A stretch of 63,145 nucleotides of DNA, filler included, from Octopus bimaculoides (taxonomy: Eukaryota), in assembly GCF_001194135.2 (NCBI RefSeq). It is 8 parts of 7 records of this genome, joined end to end, with 100 filler letters (N's around TTAATTAATTAA, not from the genome) between each part and the next. Parts side by side here need not be neighbours in the genome. Positions count along the whole stretch, not along the records: positions 61,726 to 63,145 come from NC_068988.1; 7 more parts are not named here. The stretch is one strand, 5' to 3'. A program made the translations under genes and the position numbers. Of the stretch, positions 62,903 to 63,145 are shown piece after piece. Numbering within the stretch: position 1 is the stretch's first letter; each line of letters opens with the position of its first letter. Below the pieces are notes generated by a model. The model was not told the origin of the DNA. It ran no database searches and saw only the letters and a list, made by a program, of their open reading frames with translations.

Positions 62903-63145
62903 TTCAGTAGTTTTATTTTTATAACGTGCTTTCACTTCACTACCGAGCGCAGCTCTGTGCGCCATGGGTATGTGCTGTGGTTTGCTGTGGTGCTCTTATG
63001 TTTACTGTATTGAAAGTGTTTTGCGTAGAATGTGTGCAGTACCCAGTAGTGCAATTTTCTGTATGTTATATATATTTGTAAGTCCTGGTGTTTTTGTTAT
63101 GTATTTGTCTGAATATTTTCTTATTATACCTAAGGCACCTACTAT
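62903..63145 (-). mobile_element. RLE-type LINE 3' end (second family)
   Basis: IVGALGIIRKYSDKYITKTPGLTNIYNIQKIALLGTAHILRKTLSIQ* (stop at 63002-63004), typical of RLE-LINE C-termini; 3'UTR ends ctactgaac before an AAT tract. Confidence 0.8.

Overview
AT-rich, microsatellite-dense animal genomic DNA. The repeat landscape looks cephalopod/Octopus-like; this is an inference from recognised repeat families, not a database result. About a fifth of the window is N gaps. Seven 100-bp artificial spacers (44 N + TTAATTAATTAA + 44 N) split it into eight segments that need not be neighbours in the genome. No complete gene, rRNA, true tRNA or CRISPR array is supportable. Recognisable content: (i) about 30 copies of three tRNA-derived SINE groups (my labels A, B, C); (ii) decayed transposon coding remnants: three mariner, one DD37D/maT Tc1-mariner, a Helitron RepHel piece, RTE-clade LINEs, two RLE-type LINEs, two Penelope-like elements and a deleted LTR element; (iii) MITEs, including two hAT-type with 8-bp TSDs and a long foldback; (iv) a few candidate host exons. 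Best candidate for an undescribed system: a tRNA-headed, (AAT)n-containing short element carrying a Penelope-type minimal hammerhead ribozyme. It is inserted with a 5' inverted end and a perfect 10-bp TSD at 14987-15438, with two more ribozyme copies at 21846 and 62781. Second: an RTE LINE 3' end with three tandem C2H2-type fingers in an open frame (28572-29039).
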